Below are positions 40,027-52,810 of a stretch of 64,000 nucleotides of DNA, piece by piece (position 1 is the first letter of the stretch; every line of letters starts with the position of its first letter). Position numbers and translations under genes: made by a program. Source of the DNA: Perkinsus chesapeaki ATCC PRA-425 (taxonomy: Eukaryota > Protista > Perkinsozoa); assembly GCA_013115145.1 (NCBI GenBank), contig JAAPAO010000036.1:50079-114078 (forward strand), written 5' to 3'. The notes under the pieces were generated by a model that was not told the DNA's origin, searched no databases, and worked only from the letters and a program-made list of their open reading frames with translations.

Positions 40027-41728
40027 GCCGATTATTTCAAGCGTTATAGGATATGATCAGCTCCGAATGATCTACTATTTCGCGAACAACATTGAGCAGG
40101 TAACAATAACGAGTTGCGCCCGTTTTGTCACTGAAATTCATTGCAGGCACTTTCTTTAGTAGGAAACTCCATTCTGTTAACTGGCTTCGTTACTGTACTT
40201 GCCAGGCAATAAGACAGTGTTCGTTATTACGGTTTCGCGATGTCTACAAATGATCGTATGTAGTAACGATGATTCATCGTCGATGAAGCTGAATACAGTT
40301 GATAACGGATGATGTTTGTGTTTTTGTTACCGATAAGGGATGGAAAAGGCTCCTTGTCTCAGACAGCATATCTGATTGCATAACATGGGGTAGCAGCCAT
40401 GCTAGCAGCCTGACTATGTGAGCAATCCACTGGAGATAAATTCAAAAGACGACGCGCCCAAAAAAGTACAGGGACTTTTGGTACGTAGGTCTAGTGCAAT
40501 GCTATACTAGACCACGGCATGGTCTACGGCCGTGCCATAGTAGACCCTCAATCGTAGTGCCCGAGTCGGGACTCCCGACTTGGGAGAATCTTGAAGACTG
40601 ACGCAAGGCTTCCTTCCAGACTATGAGAGCCTTGGATCCAACTACTGCCGACTCTTGCGAATGGTCGGCAGACAGTATCAGATCGATGATGAACGGATTC
40701 CAGTCATTGGAATTCCGCCCACGAACGTGGGTGCTCATAATGGGGCACGTAGGACGATTGTCGTTGTAGATGATTGAGACGGTCCTTAATATCGAGCAAT
40801 ACTGCATTGCCAATACATGGTACAACAATCACATTCTCCCGCTCTAGGAAGAATGTGAATCTATTCTTTCGCCATTAACATCGTCTCTCGGGCCCTCCAA
40901 GCACTCAACGTGTGCTCGCACACGGGGCGACTAGTGCGTCACTGGAGCGCGTATCTTTGCACTTTCATGCACTATCGCACTCTGAATATTTGCTATCGTA
41001 TGTCGGTAGTCCTCTGTTGCGAACGCTGTTGGTGTAACTCCACCCTTCTTTTTCTTCCCGCCGCAGCGCTGTATCACTTGTCACCGTATTCTCGAATATC
41101 ATCCGCACAAGGCGTGCGGGCTGGAGGTTTCCCATGTCTACTCTACGCTCGTTGTGTTGCTCCAGGGGTCAGAGCGCTAGTCTCTGGGCCTTCATCCCTT
41201 GGCGATTCTCGGAACGGCTCTATAAACTCTAGAGTTCTGCTGTAGAACTGTTCTACTGCTGTACGCTAATATCGTGATCTCCCGCCCAGTCCGAATGTAC
41301 TTGCATGTGGTGAAGTTAGAGTTTATATATATGTACCTTTCCCCGATTGAATTGAAACTCTTGTTAATTGATTTGTGAAGCGGTCCTGAATGCGATCTTA
41401 AACTATAAACTTCCTGTATCTACTTCTTTCAATCACCTTAAACGAAGCGCATTTCTACCTTATGTAGCGAACGGTACGTTTTGACACGACACGTCCCTGT
41501 GGATTGAAACACTCGCTTTGATACTCGAGCGAGGACGGTGATTTTGAGGTGTCTATGTCTCACGCTACCTGATTGAGCGGCCGCGTCCTTGTTGTGTTCT
41601 CCCAATGGTCTCCTGTGTACGAGTCCTGAATGCTTTACAACGAAGATGCGGCGTGTTATCGTATTTCGAAAGAGCAGTCGGAATTCGAAAACATATGTAG
41701 ATCAATAACTGGGGCGTTCTGCAATTCA

Positions 41729-41843
41729 GGGTAGCAGCAGTTAGTAGTTGGGCTGAGCAGCTTGCTTAGCCCAACTACTAACTGCTACTACCCTTGCTTA
41801 CCACAGGCGTATTCAGAATCTGAATACGCTTGTGCTAAGCAAG
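41729..41843. repeat. Two abutting long inverted repeats (31-bp arms/3-nt loop; 25-bp arms/1-nt loop)
   Basis: 41729-41793 gggtagcagcagttagtagttgggctgagca-gct-tgcttagcccaactactaactgctactaccc (2 mismatches); 41793-41843 cttgcttaccacaggcgtattcaga-a-tctgaatacgcttgtgctaagcaag (2 mismatches). Confidence 0.95.
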
Positions 41844-42359
41844 TGTACTGGGTAGGATCAAAAACACAGCTGGCTGCACATGAGCATGAACCATCGAACC
41901 CATTGATACCTTTTGAATCGATCTCGATGATAACCTCCGACGTTACTATGAAAGTAGCTTGACGTTTTAACTTCTGTGGCGATATTTCATCTGATGGAGA
42001 CCTCGTCATAGACCTTAGTTTTTATTTCAACGTGGAAAGGCGTAGAGAACACAGAACAATGGGACAGGAGACCACACTCACTTGGCGGGAATGTACTGAA
42101 GTACTTTCGGTGTGATATATCCATTTTAGTAGTCCCTTGCCAAGCTAACATACATGTGATTGATGTATATACAATAGCTTCGGTTTCACTCAGCTATCTA
42201 GAACGTGGTAAGAACACCAGACAGACTAGACACGCAGACGTGGAGTTTGCGGAGAGACTGCTGGGGACATCTCCAGCCTTGCCAGACATCGGGCGTCTCC
42301 ACAGATAATTCCGGAGACATGTCCGTCGGAGATTGTCCAAGACTTGGACATAAACCCAC

Positions 42360-43248
42360 CATGGACTACGGTGGGTTTATGTCGACGAACTTACGGGCAT
42401 ACAATTGGGTGGTTTCCAACGAAGTCTATACATCCCACGAGTCCACGGCCGATCAGCAAATATATCTACCTGTCAGGCAGTTGTTGGCTTCATCGGTATG
42501 ACATTAAATTATGAGTTGACCTGAGAGGAATCACTAGCTCTCGAAGAGCATATGTAGTTTCGAGGACTTCGACCATACCGCACTATCTCGCGATGATGTT
42601 CCATTGTGATGCACACCCTCGATCAGGCCACACCCCTCGACCAATGAGAAGGTCAACTATGTAGACAATGTAGGTGTTGAAAGCCGCGTATTTTAGCTTC
42701 TTTCTTACTTTTAGTAGTTCGATGACGACTATGCGTTTCAGTTGAACATTTCAGATGAATATCCTTCACAGTGCGCCTGTTGCCTTAGGTTGAGGTCGCC
42801 TCGACACATCGAGGAAACAAAATTGGGTCAGCACTGTTGAACTACAGTATTGAACTAGTAAGAGTCTTCGCTTTCCGACTGTGTCTACTAGACACTGTCT
42901 AGTCGGCGAACATGATGTTACTTTGCACCTGAGATATAACTTGTTGCTAGGCTATAGGATAGCATGTTCTGTTGCCTGTTAGGGAAGACATATGACGGAC
43001 GTTCTCGCTCTCACTCTGGACGTCTACGCAACCAACGAAGGCGCGATCAGGTTGTATGAGAGGCTCGTCTTCATTAAATTCATGGGTAAGCTGGGCAAGT
43101 CTTTACCCGGCAAGAGTAAGAGCCGACTGCTCCTCTTCTGTTGCTTCTCTCAGAGGGGGTGGAAAACGGATCTGCCTGGTACTTCTTCGCCTATTACTAT
43201 GAACGCGATTCTTTCAAGAATTGTAGGACCTGCTTATCTCCGAATTAG
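42360..43248 (+). pseudogene. GNAT paralog 2, disabled
   Basis: Same exon structure (VEVASTHRGNKIGSALL; TLDVYATNEGAIRLYERLVF) but most of the signal-peptide exon is missing, in-frame TGA at 42522-42524 where GNAT1 has CCA, and the terminal TAA is replaced by GAA. Confidence 0.8.
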
Positions 43249-43815
43249 GTGTGGAAAACATTGAACAGGCAACAATAACGAGTCGCACCCGCTGTGTCTC
43301 GCTTACTGAAATTCATTGCAGGCACTATCATTAGCGGGAAACTCCATTCTGTTAACTGGCTTCGGTACTTGCCAGACAATAAGACAATGCTCATTATTAT
43401 AGCTTTGGGATGTCTACAGATGATTGTGTACTGTAACGATGTAGCTGAATACAATTGATGATGATTTGTGTTGTTATCACTTAAAAGAGATGAGAAGGAC
43501 CTCCTGTCTGATTCTCCAACACGGGGCAGCAGTCATGACAACAATCTGGCCATATAATCAATCCATGGGTGAGTAATACAGTATATGGGACGAAAGTGAC
43601 AAGTTTGACTACGAGTCACTGGCGAAACTGTGACCGTAGTTTTGTCTCCGCTCTCTAATATAGAGTCTATATAACAAAGCGGAGAATTGCATAATAGCGT
43701 GCATTTCCTTGCGGCGTTTACATGGTTCCGGCTATCACTAATACCCTAACAAATATCCATTCCGGCCGCTCTGAGCTATATCAAGGTTTAGAATCCAGGG
43801 TTTGAGTGTAAATCT

Positions 43816-45071
43816 ATGCTGGTCCATTGTTCAATAACGGTTGTTGCCTTCGTAGTATTAGGATATCTTATGAACTCCAGGCCATCTCCGTCGGGCGCTT
43901 CTATCTTGATATATCTGTGCAGGTGTTTCTTTGCTAGCAGCGGTTTGTTCCCAATACTCCAGTATATGGTCCAAGGTTTATGTGCTATGGTATGCTTAAC
44001 TTGTCCATTAAGGGCCAGAGCCCAGGTATTGGAGCTTTGCATCATGCAAGGGCATCTACCGGATTTCGGTTACAGCTTATTTGCAAAGGTTACCTTTACG
44101 ACAAGCGAAGTGTGGGCCATTGTGTATACAGGGTCACCAAGCATGTTCTTCGTCTGTAAAGATTGGTATGAAAGTCAGCTTGGTGAATGAGCGTGTGCGC
44201 ATTTCAGTGGCGAATGCTATGCTTGCCCTGAGCCTTGTGAGCCAGTTGAAGAAGACATCATTGAGTTCAACGACGATACTGTCGTAAATGTCTTTGACTA
44301 CAAAGATACAATCATATTTGGCCAGAGTCGCATTTCTGATTTGCATTTCGGGTTGGTATATGACCAAGACCCCCCTCCACAAGAAAGTACACCCTTCAGT
44401 TTAACTGGCCTTGGACCGTACCAACAGGGCGATTTTAACTCGCTGTTAGAACAATTGGCGAGTATGTCCCCCCCAAACAGGTAGCAGCCAAGGTCTTCGC
44501 GGTATACCTCAGCCCACCGACCGGTCGTGATCCTGCTCATGGCAAGCTTCTTCTGGGTCAAGGTGACCCCGGAATCTATAAGCACCCGCTATACTATGTG
44601 CACTTCAACAGTGAGAGAGAGTACACATTCACACTAAAGAGCATGCAAGTTGGTGAAGAGGGCCTCACCCTTGGCAGGCAAGAGGAAATCATGCTGGACA
44701 CTGGGAGCAATAATCTTAGTATTCCCGAGATCTACTTCGACGGCCTCCTTAAGAAGATCGAAAACGGGGCTTCGAAAAAGGCTGGAGCGAAGATCACACT
44801 GTCCTGGGATCCCTTGATCAAGCACTGGGTTGTGACTTGCGCCCATCGTATCGTTCTGCCGCCGTTGCTCTTCTGGTTTGGTACAAAAGGTGATGCTCTT
44901 TTAACTATTACTCACGTAAACTACATTCGTGATAGTGGTTCAATGTGTGTTCTAATTCTACACAAGGCAAAAGGGTCAATGTGGAGTTTACCGGATCAGA
45001 CGTTGGTCGGTTAATACTTCGAATTCCGACCCGAAGAAGGTCGAGTTGGATTCGCCGACTTGGCTTCTTAG
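43816..45071 (+). pseudogene. Pepsin-like (A1) aspartic protease pseudogene
   Basis: Signal-like N-terminus; first catalytic motif reads AIVYTGS (D>Y); TGA at 44188-90; frameshift at C7 run 44468-74; second motif IMLDTGS intact; TAA at 45012-14; C-terminal YFEF...RVGFA*. Confidence 0.85.
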
Positions 45072-46133
45072 GTGATCAACTTGAACTCATGAAACTTTAC
45101 AATGCTCAATTAGTACATTCCTTAACCTACAGCTCACCCACTAGGGGTACTAGATATCCTGATATAGTCTCCAGCACTTAATAGTCTGGGCAGTCATTGC
45201 CCTTAATCTTCGATCTTCTCTTGCGTCACTTTAGTAACGGGACACTAGGTTAAAACGTGGGTTCAGCCATAGAAAGCCTATGCTGACCAATGCTGCCTGC
45301 CATCCAGCAAAGTCATGTACCCTTTATTGAATCCCACCGACGTTGGGTGGCTTTTAGTCGGGGTCCGCCCATCAGACCTTGAATCAAAGGCTTTAACTGA
45401 GTCAAAGAATTGGCTTAGACGACATCGGCGTCGACAGTCTTGGTGAACTTATTAATATTAGTTTCGGACACTCCTAGCCCGCAAGTTGTACGCATGACAG
45501 TGCTCGTTCAAATTCAACGGTTGAATCGGTTGAGTCTGGATCGGCGATGAACACACAGCGTGTTACACAACTCAAACTGAGCAGAAGTGAGCAGTGCTCT
45601 GAACTTCTTAGACTTCTTTCCGTCAGCTTGTCAACGAAACTTCCTCCACATTACGCACGTTGGTTTCGGCACCACAACCACTGTATCAGGACTAGTCGTC
45701 AGTAGTAGCATATCGACAGCAGGACTTCAGCAACATTACCCTCAGTTGGTTTTGGGGCAGTAGCATCCTTGCTGTAGAGAGTGAATTCACAGGCATCTTC
45801 CATCAGAGGATCACGCGAGCAGCTCCTTCCCTGTGAACTGTTTCTCCTAACCTCCATGCGCACCTTACTAGATCACTCCGACTGTCACCAATTACACTAA
45901 AACTTGATCCGCCGTATTAACAATTAAGATAATAGGAAGCATACAAAGAAACTGCGGTAAAAGGAGTAGCTAAGCGCTGGGCCAAGGCGATGAGCCACTC
46001 ATCATGAGCGCAACTATAATGAACATCAAATTTACCGCTCGGACTCGGTGATTAGCTCCAGAAACTGATATCTTTCAATGTATCGGTGTTAGTGTACAAG
46101 TTTGCCGCTTTCTCGAATTTGATGCAAAAGACG

Positions 46134-49100
46134 TTAGTTGTTATCCTCCTCAAGCTGGTATTCGTCGCGTAATGACCAAATTCCCTGCCCTCTATCCGAA
46201 CGCTCGAACTTGCACATTTCTTGGAGAATGTGGCGGAAGAGCTTTCTGTGAGTTCTGACATGGAGAGTCGACCGCACACAGACATCTGTTTCTTACGCAG
46301 GAACATATCGATCCATAGCGTCTAACAACTCACTCGATGACGATGCGAAATAGGGCCTCAAGGAAAGATATCGAATTAAATGGTCCATTATGCGAGACTC
46401 TACTGTGGAAGATATCGATGACCTGGACATAGCAAAATTGACAACCCTCGAGTGATCCCCTTTGGTCGGAAATGGACTGCACAACCTGGAAGCCTACTTA
46501 GCGGATCCTGGTTTCGCCGATACAGCTCGCTTAGATACTGGTTCCTCATCGGCAGTAATGTCCGCCAAGAGAGATATGCTCTGAGCCATGGCACCTGCTT
46601 GACCAGTTTTGCCTGTCCAAGTGGGTACCTGACCAAACACGGGAAGGTTAGCGGGGACAATGCAACTGCCAACCCACATGAGAGGGGTAATTTGCGACTT
46701 GGCCCTGACTCCTGCGGATGGCGGCCAGAGCTTGATCTGCTATCCTTGTGGCTTGGGCCTCGTTGACCTGCATGATACAGATAGTAAAAATAAGAACATC
46801 CCGCATACCTGAGATTTGTCCAGATGTGGCTCTTCGATTTGATCTTGATCCCATATGCAACCGATAAGTTGCTGAGCTTCCACCGAAGGGCCATTGTCTG
46901 ATCGTCTTACGTGACGCCGTAACCGACCCGCCGCTTACCTTCCTTGGACACATTCTCCTCAGAGCTGTGGAACTCCTCCGAGGGTGGAGGTGATGGAGTT
47001 GGCGAATCTTTAAGAGCATGCGATTGCTCCCTTGTAAGCGCGTATCTGATTGCCACCAGTTCTCAGTGCTCGAAGCTTGAAACTTACTTATCTTTAATCC
47101 ACCCTCTATCTCGCGGTGACCACCCCGGAGGTTCTGGCGGAACTCTGAATAGCTCTTCCAAACCACTCCAGTACTCCGCACCTGCCCAAGGATAATTAGA
47201 AAAGACATAACGCTACCCGGGCTGATGCTCCCTCTGAGAGAAATATTCTCCGATAATCCCGAGTCGCCCTCCGAACGAGCCTTCCGAACACTTTTAAGAT
47301 GTAGCAGATTCGCCAAAAATGCAAGAAATTATCGGATACGAATAATTAATGTGTGCCGGTAGATCCTAGGTACTCAGCAATGATACCCACAATGACGACG
47401 GCGTATACTGATGGTATCAGTTTGGTACCAGACGTGCTTTGGCGATAAAGGGAAAGCTTGGGATATTTGCCGCCTTCCGCAGCCCTTGGCGGCGCCGTGT
47501 AGGTTATTACTGTGGCGAAATCCAAAGACGAAAATTCGTAGCAAAGGACTCGGAGACTTTTATAATGAACATAGGCAACCCAGCCCACGCAGACTTACGC
47601 CTCTGTCGCGGGTCGGAGAGGATCTTCTGCGATAAGTAATGTTTGAAGATTTGCTTCTTATACATAGATTCCTCCACGGTACCTAAATTGCAGCTGATGC
47701 GAACCATTGATAAATGCAACACTGACCCATAGCGATGAGCCTGTAGATAATCACTTCATTTTTCTGCCCAATCCTCCACGCTCTCTCACGAGCTTGTGCG
47801 TCCGTCATCGGGTTCCAATCCGGATCAAATATTATTATTCTATCCGCACCAGTCAGATTCAGGCCCACGCCTCCGACACGAGTGCCTGAGATAAGCCCGT
47901 TCGATACTTAGTTATCCCGTCATAGCGAACCTACTCAGCAACATAACCTGTGGGCCATCCGCCGAGTTGAAATCATCCACTATGTGCGCTCTGTCCTTCA
48001 CCTGTCGTAAGGAATTGCCACCCCCGAGGCCGCCCTTTGGATTCACCGGAGTGGAGCCATCCATCCTTGAGCACGTCCATCCCCTTTCATCAACCTTTCT
48101 TTCGAGTATGTCTAGCATGCCCAACGTTTGAGAGAACACAAGAACACGATGACCATCGGGAAGCCACCGGGACAATATCTGACCGTACTAGCCATCAGCT
48201 CAATCAAGGCAGCCGCCTCTGCTAGTTAACAAGTCTAAACAACTTCCCACTTCGAGCTTTCACTGCGTTGACCAGTTAATTGCCTCCCAATCAAGTGGCC
48301 TACGTTACGATCTTCCCACCTACCTTCAAGCAAACCGCCAACTTTCCACTACGATCCTCTGAGCCATAGCCCCCTTCAGCCTCCACCCCAGGATACAAGA
48401 GCATGTCCGGATGGTTACATATCCTTCGTAGAATGCCAAGATAAAACAGTGACTCCGGAGGCAGGGTGGTCTTGCCCCCTGAAACCCAACACCGATCGCT
48501 TGAATCAGATGGCAAGCAATACTTACGCTCGTCGATACGATGACCATATCGTCGTTGTATCGAGGAGCCTGTAGTGCAGCGTACATTACTGAGGACCTCA
48601 CAGTAGACTTCGAACTGCTCTGGGGCCAAGTGACAGAACAGAACCTACGCTCGTATCAGGAAAGGAGACGGTAGTAGCCCTACCTGTTCGCTCTTTCGTG
48701 GCAGGGCCAGGATGTCCTGTACGTCTGCCTTCAATCTCCGAATGATGAGCGGCATAGTAAGATCTCTCACAACAACAGCGCACCTATACGCAGCGCTAGT
48801 CGCCGTTGGGCTCGCATTAGGCCGGGTTCCTAACATGCACAATGAAGCAGCCATGAGGTGCCAGAAGAAGCTTACCTCTTTCAATCGGTGTAGCGAGTTC
48901 TTCCTCAAAGGTCGGTAAGGACCCTAGACGTCCGGGAGCTACAAAGTCACACAGGGACCAAAGCTCTCGGAGGGAGTTCTGGATAGGAGACCCACTTAGA
49001 GCGATGCGATGAGGCTGAGTGGCGAACATTGCTGCTGGATGGTAATGGGGGATGTCTTAACTGTATTGATCCTCTTCATCCGCTGAGTTATGCCACTATC

Positions 49101-51270
49101 TGGGTTACGAATCTTCTGAGCTTCATCCAGCACGCAGACACTCCACACGTAATCGAACAGTATATCCCCACAATATCGACGATAAGCTTCAAACGATACA
49201 ACAAGAATACCGCTGCATTCACCTGAGCTATCACACTTACCGTCAACCTGTTATATAGGGATATCAGCTATATAGTATCATTCATGGTGAAGGATGTTTC
49301 AAAATCCTGTGGAGAAATTCGCCTTCGCTGGGGAGTATTCGATTCTAAAGGTGTTCACGGAATTCTAGAACGTCCCTTATAGTTGGAGATATCGGAGTAC
49401 ATTATAGGTATAGTACACGGGGACGTATGCTTCCAACAATAAAGTAGTTTATCTAGCAGACATTAGAACGCGGGGCCAGCTACTCACTGATTTCCTCAGC
49501 GGCATCTCGCTTCTCTTCTACAGTTGACCCTGTAGTCCACCCTGTTATTTTCAACCCGCAGTCGACTGAGACGCTGCAATGTCACGCGTGGAGCTAGGAT
49601 ACCCTACCTCCTCCCCACGATAGAATCTCCTGTTCCCATTGCTGCACCAATGTAGCTGGGCACACAATTAGCACTCCGCCTGGGCCAGCATCGCCACCAA
49701 CACCGGCATGCGTGCCTAAACGCACAAGTCTAACCGAGCCCATCCACAGTGACCCACTCCTCGCAATCGTCGAGCGTAAAATACCAGAGACATGAAGACT
49801 GATGAGAAATGCTGTGGTCTGGATCTGAGAGGGAGAAGGTTTTGCAGATCTGAGAAGGATGCGGTACTGTCTTGCCGAGGCCCATCTCGTCAGCCAAGAG
49901 CGCTCCGGAGCCTTCCCTCCATCGCTGCCACAGAAATCGAACACCCTCCTTTTGAAAGGGGAACCTGCCAGAGGCGAGGAGATAGTCGAGTGCAGCAGTT
50001 ACCCTACAGTTTATCCCAAATGCCGAAGGGGCACTCTAACTGAGGCCAGTGGCGGTCGGCAGGACATACTACTACCTGAAAAGTATCTCACCAGGCTTTC
50101 CCGCAGCGCATCTTACCCGCTTCTCTCCGCCGTCCCTAATCTCGACTACGTCCTCTCCACCATTCAGGCCCAGCTGCAGCGTACCCTTCCGCCGCCGTGC
50201 CAGAGATTTACGCCGCCGTTTAGACGGCGACATCGACCCAACCGAAGATTCTTTCTGACATCAGTGAACTCAGCCAATCAGCCTTCCCCGTACTCCTACG
50301 ACTCGCTTCCGATTAACGCCGCCCATCCCTGGCACCAGAGATCGGCCAGTTAGCAACACTCGACGCGGAGATGCCACCGGTGTTGACGACGCGGAGGCAG
50401 AGGCCACTTCAAGCGTGTTCTAAGATACCTTTCGAAAATATACAGGAACATTCCCGATAGTACTCCGTCCCTGACTGCCTGAAAGAGCTCCTTCATCACG
50501 GGCTTCGACTCCGTCACATCCTCTATTTCCAGATCGGAGCCACTTGATGAGGATGACGAGCTATCATCTTCATCATCTGCCCCTGCACCCTGACTTGGCT
50601 CCAGACCGAAGCGACTACGCAGGTCACGCAGCTTGGAGTCGTTTGATCGAGGCTTTTCTGAGAAGTACAACGATTCCACCGAGAGAGACGAGCATGAAAG
50701 GCAGCCAATGGAAGTGTAACGATGCTCGATAGATGGTCAAGTAGCAATTCTCCCCAATTTGGTGTGTATTAAACCTATAAAATAACATACCAATTTTATA
50801 AGTGTCGGAAGTTATCATCAGTGGTACGGATCCGACACGTACGTTAAGCAAGTATTAAATAGTAACCAATATGACATATACAGTCGTAAATAGTAAGAAT
50901 TAATGCCCAAGTTGAACTAGTAACCACTACTACCACAGTTATGGCTGCAACGCTTTGGATGTGATCACCTTGTCGTTTCTGTTTTTCCTTCTTTAATGCT
51001 TTCTCTACCTCCCTCTCAGCCTCCATCTCTAACTCCCACTGTGACATCTGTTTGCCAACTCCATCTAGATCATTCACAGACTCGTCCGATGCTCCAAGCC
51101 CATCTGAGGAACATGATTCTACAAGTCCGACAAGAAGAAGCCTTGACCAACACGTATGCCCTCATCACAGCATGCCTACCCTCCCTCAGCTCTGCCTTGG
51201 ACGGCTGCTGAGATTCATCCTTTGCTATGTTCTCAGCAGGCACTGCAGCAGCAGCGTCGTCAACCAACAT
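46134..51270 (-). CDS. ERCC6: SNF2-family helicase, ERCC6/CSB/RAD26 type
   Basis: [122 protein letters not shown] and C-terminal winged-helix [10 protein letters not shown]...WSLRDEY. Confidence 0.9.
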
Positions 51271-51514
51271 TTAGAATACCAATTCTTCCTGTTATAACTG
51301 CACTAGGCTTTGGCTACCAACAACGCAACACTTCTCGGTATGGTACTCACAAACAGAATTAAATCGTCTATCGATTTCCCCATTGGACCTGGACGTCCAC
51401 CTCAGGTCTGCCCAAGCTAGCTCTGACTCTCCCTTGCACTGTGTTAAGGATTGGCACCACTCTATTAGGCAGCGTAAGTGCTAGCAGCACCCGCGTAGGG
51501 CTCACCGATTTAAC

Positions 51515-52160
51515 CTAAGCCGGCCTCTTTAGCTCATCACCCTTCCCTACTACCACAAGCCTTCCCCCAATGTCCTCAATTTCCCCTCTGATCTCCCTCA
51601 CAGCACTCTCGAGCTCCCCAACCGTCAGCGGCCCCGACTCCGAGGCAGCATCTACCGCCGACACTGCCTCGATTGATGTTAGAGCTGGAAACTCCCGAGA
51701 CAGCACGTCCCAGAGGCCTGCACGGGCGGCAGACGGAGATTTAGTCGAAGCGGATTCGTCAGTTGACAACCTTATTACCGTATTTGGTACTGGTCTCTGA
51801 GAGAGCGCAGGAGCTACACGCCCCGGTGAACAACACTCGCACTTTCCCATCATTCGTAACACCAAGCACTCTGACCCCTCCACCATCCATAGCCAAGCCT
51901 GGCCGAACCTAAACCACATTAACGTCGGGACAGTCCGAGTCGTCCGAGGTTCCCTTTATCTAACCGATGAGCCCCTCAAGCATTACCGCATCCAGCGCTC
52001 TGTCCACCTGATCGATGCTTGGCAGCACAAGCTGGTATCCGTTGGGGAAGATGGCCACTAGGGTACTGAGGCAGTAGAGCACCCCCAACAGAAGTACCAG
52101 AGACAAGGAACGTCTCTTGAAGGAACGGCGACCTTCCCTGGCCTTAGCTTGGTAAGGCAT
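51515..52160 (-). CDS. Hypothetical type II membrane protein (spliced)
   Basis: MPYQAKAREGRRSFKRR followed by hydrophobic SLSLVLLLGVLYCLSTLVAIF; downstream exon ends in short coiled coil. Confidence 0.45.
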
Positions 52161-52810
52161 ACACAGCTCTATGAAACAGAAAGCGATGCTCGACGATTGT
52201 ACTCTAATCCCTCCCTTTAACTAACACAAGACTGCTCAAGTTTCGTCTTGAACTATTGGATTTATCCATCCGCACCGAGGGCCACAAGAGAGGCCTTGAG
52301 TGGAAGCAAAGACGAAGGGGGGATATATAGGACTATATACAAACCGGATAAGGAATGGTTGCAGGATAGAGGCAATCTGATGATGATGAGCCACATCAAA
52401 AACGGGGAAAACAACAACAGTAAATCAGTCAAATGGCGAGAGCAAGCATACCTCTGAAAGAGACTATATAGAAGGACAAGATGAAAGAATAAGTACAACA
52501 AGAGTAAGGCAGCAGCAGAATCTGTACAACCCTTCGAAGACAATCGTAATTCCGAAACAATGCGCCAAACTGGTGAAGTAAGATTACTGGACATTTTGGG
52601 TTACCCCGAGCGCGTAAGAGTACATAAAATTGCTGATAGAGGAGGAGGGGTAAGAAGACCGGCGAGAGCAGATGAAACATTAGGAGGACACTGGAAGACC
52701 TCACAAAAGAACATGTTGAAGGCGCGTTACTAATGCCCTTTGGAAGGGCTTCTAAGAGAATCGCCCCCCTTCATACTAAGTAATGGAGCGTAGTCATGAC
52801 CCAGCAGCAT

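Larger units (their letters stand above)
38770..43570. repeat. Diverged tandem segmental duplication carrying GNAT genes (copy 1 ~38770-40430, copy 2 ~42190-43570; flanking similarity also ~38040 vs ~40560)
   Basis: Long co-linear matches, e.g. ggcttcatcggtatgacattaaa, gacttcgaccataccgcactatct, aactatgtagacaatgtaggtgt, ggaaactccattctgttaactggcttcg in both copies. Confidence 0.9.

Noticed and set aside
42522-42524. In-frame TGA in GNAT2 as selenocysteine or readthrough
   Set aside because: It replaces a Pro codon, the same copy has lost its signal exon and terminal stop, and no SECIS was evident
42980-42982. TAG read as a premature stop in GNAT2
   Set aside because: It aligns with the cag (GNAT1) and ttag (GNAT3) splice acceptors preceding the G-x-x-x-x-DVLAL exon
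44298-44597. Minus-strand ORF starting MLIDSG suggested an aspartic protease split into two lobes on opposite strands
   Set aside because: The plus strand over the same bases carries the true N-lobe (AIVYTGS...DTIIFG...FGLV...GLG...LLEQL) and linker, so it is one plus-strand pseudogene; DSG is an antisense coincidence
52248-52740. Purine-rich stretch resembling a decayed retroelement ORF
   Set aside because: Multiple stops and no recognisable gag/pol motif; cannot be supported
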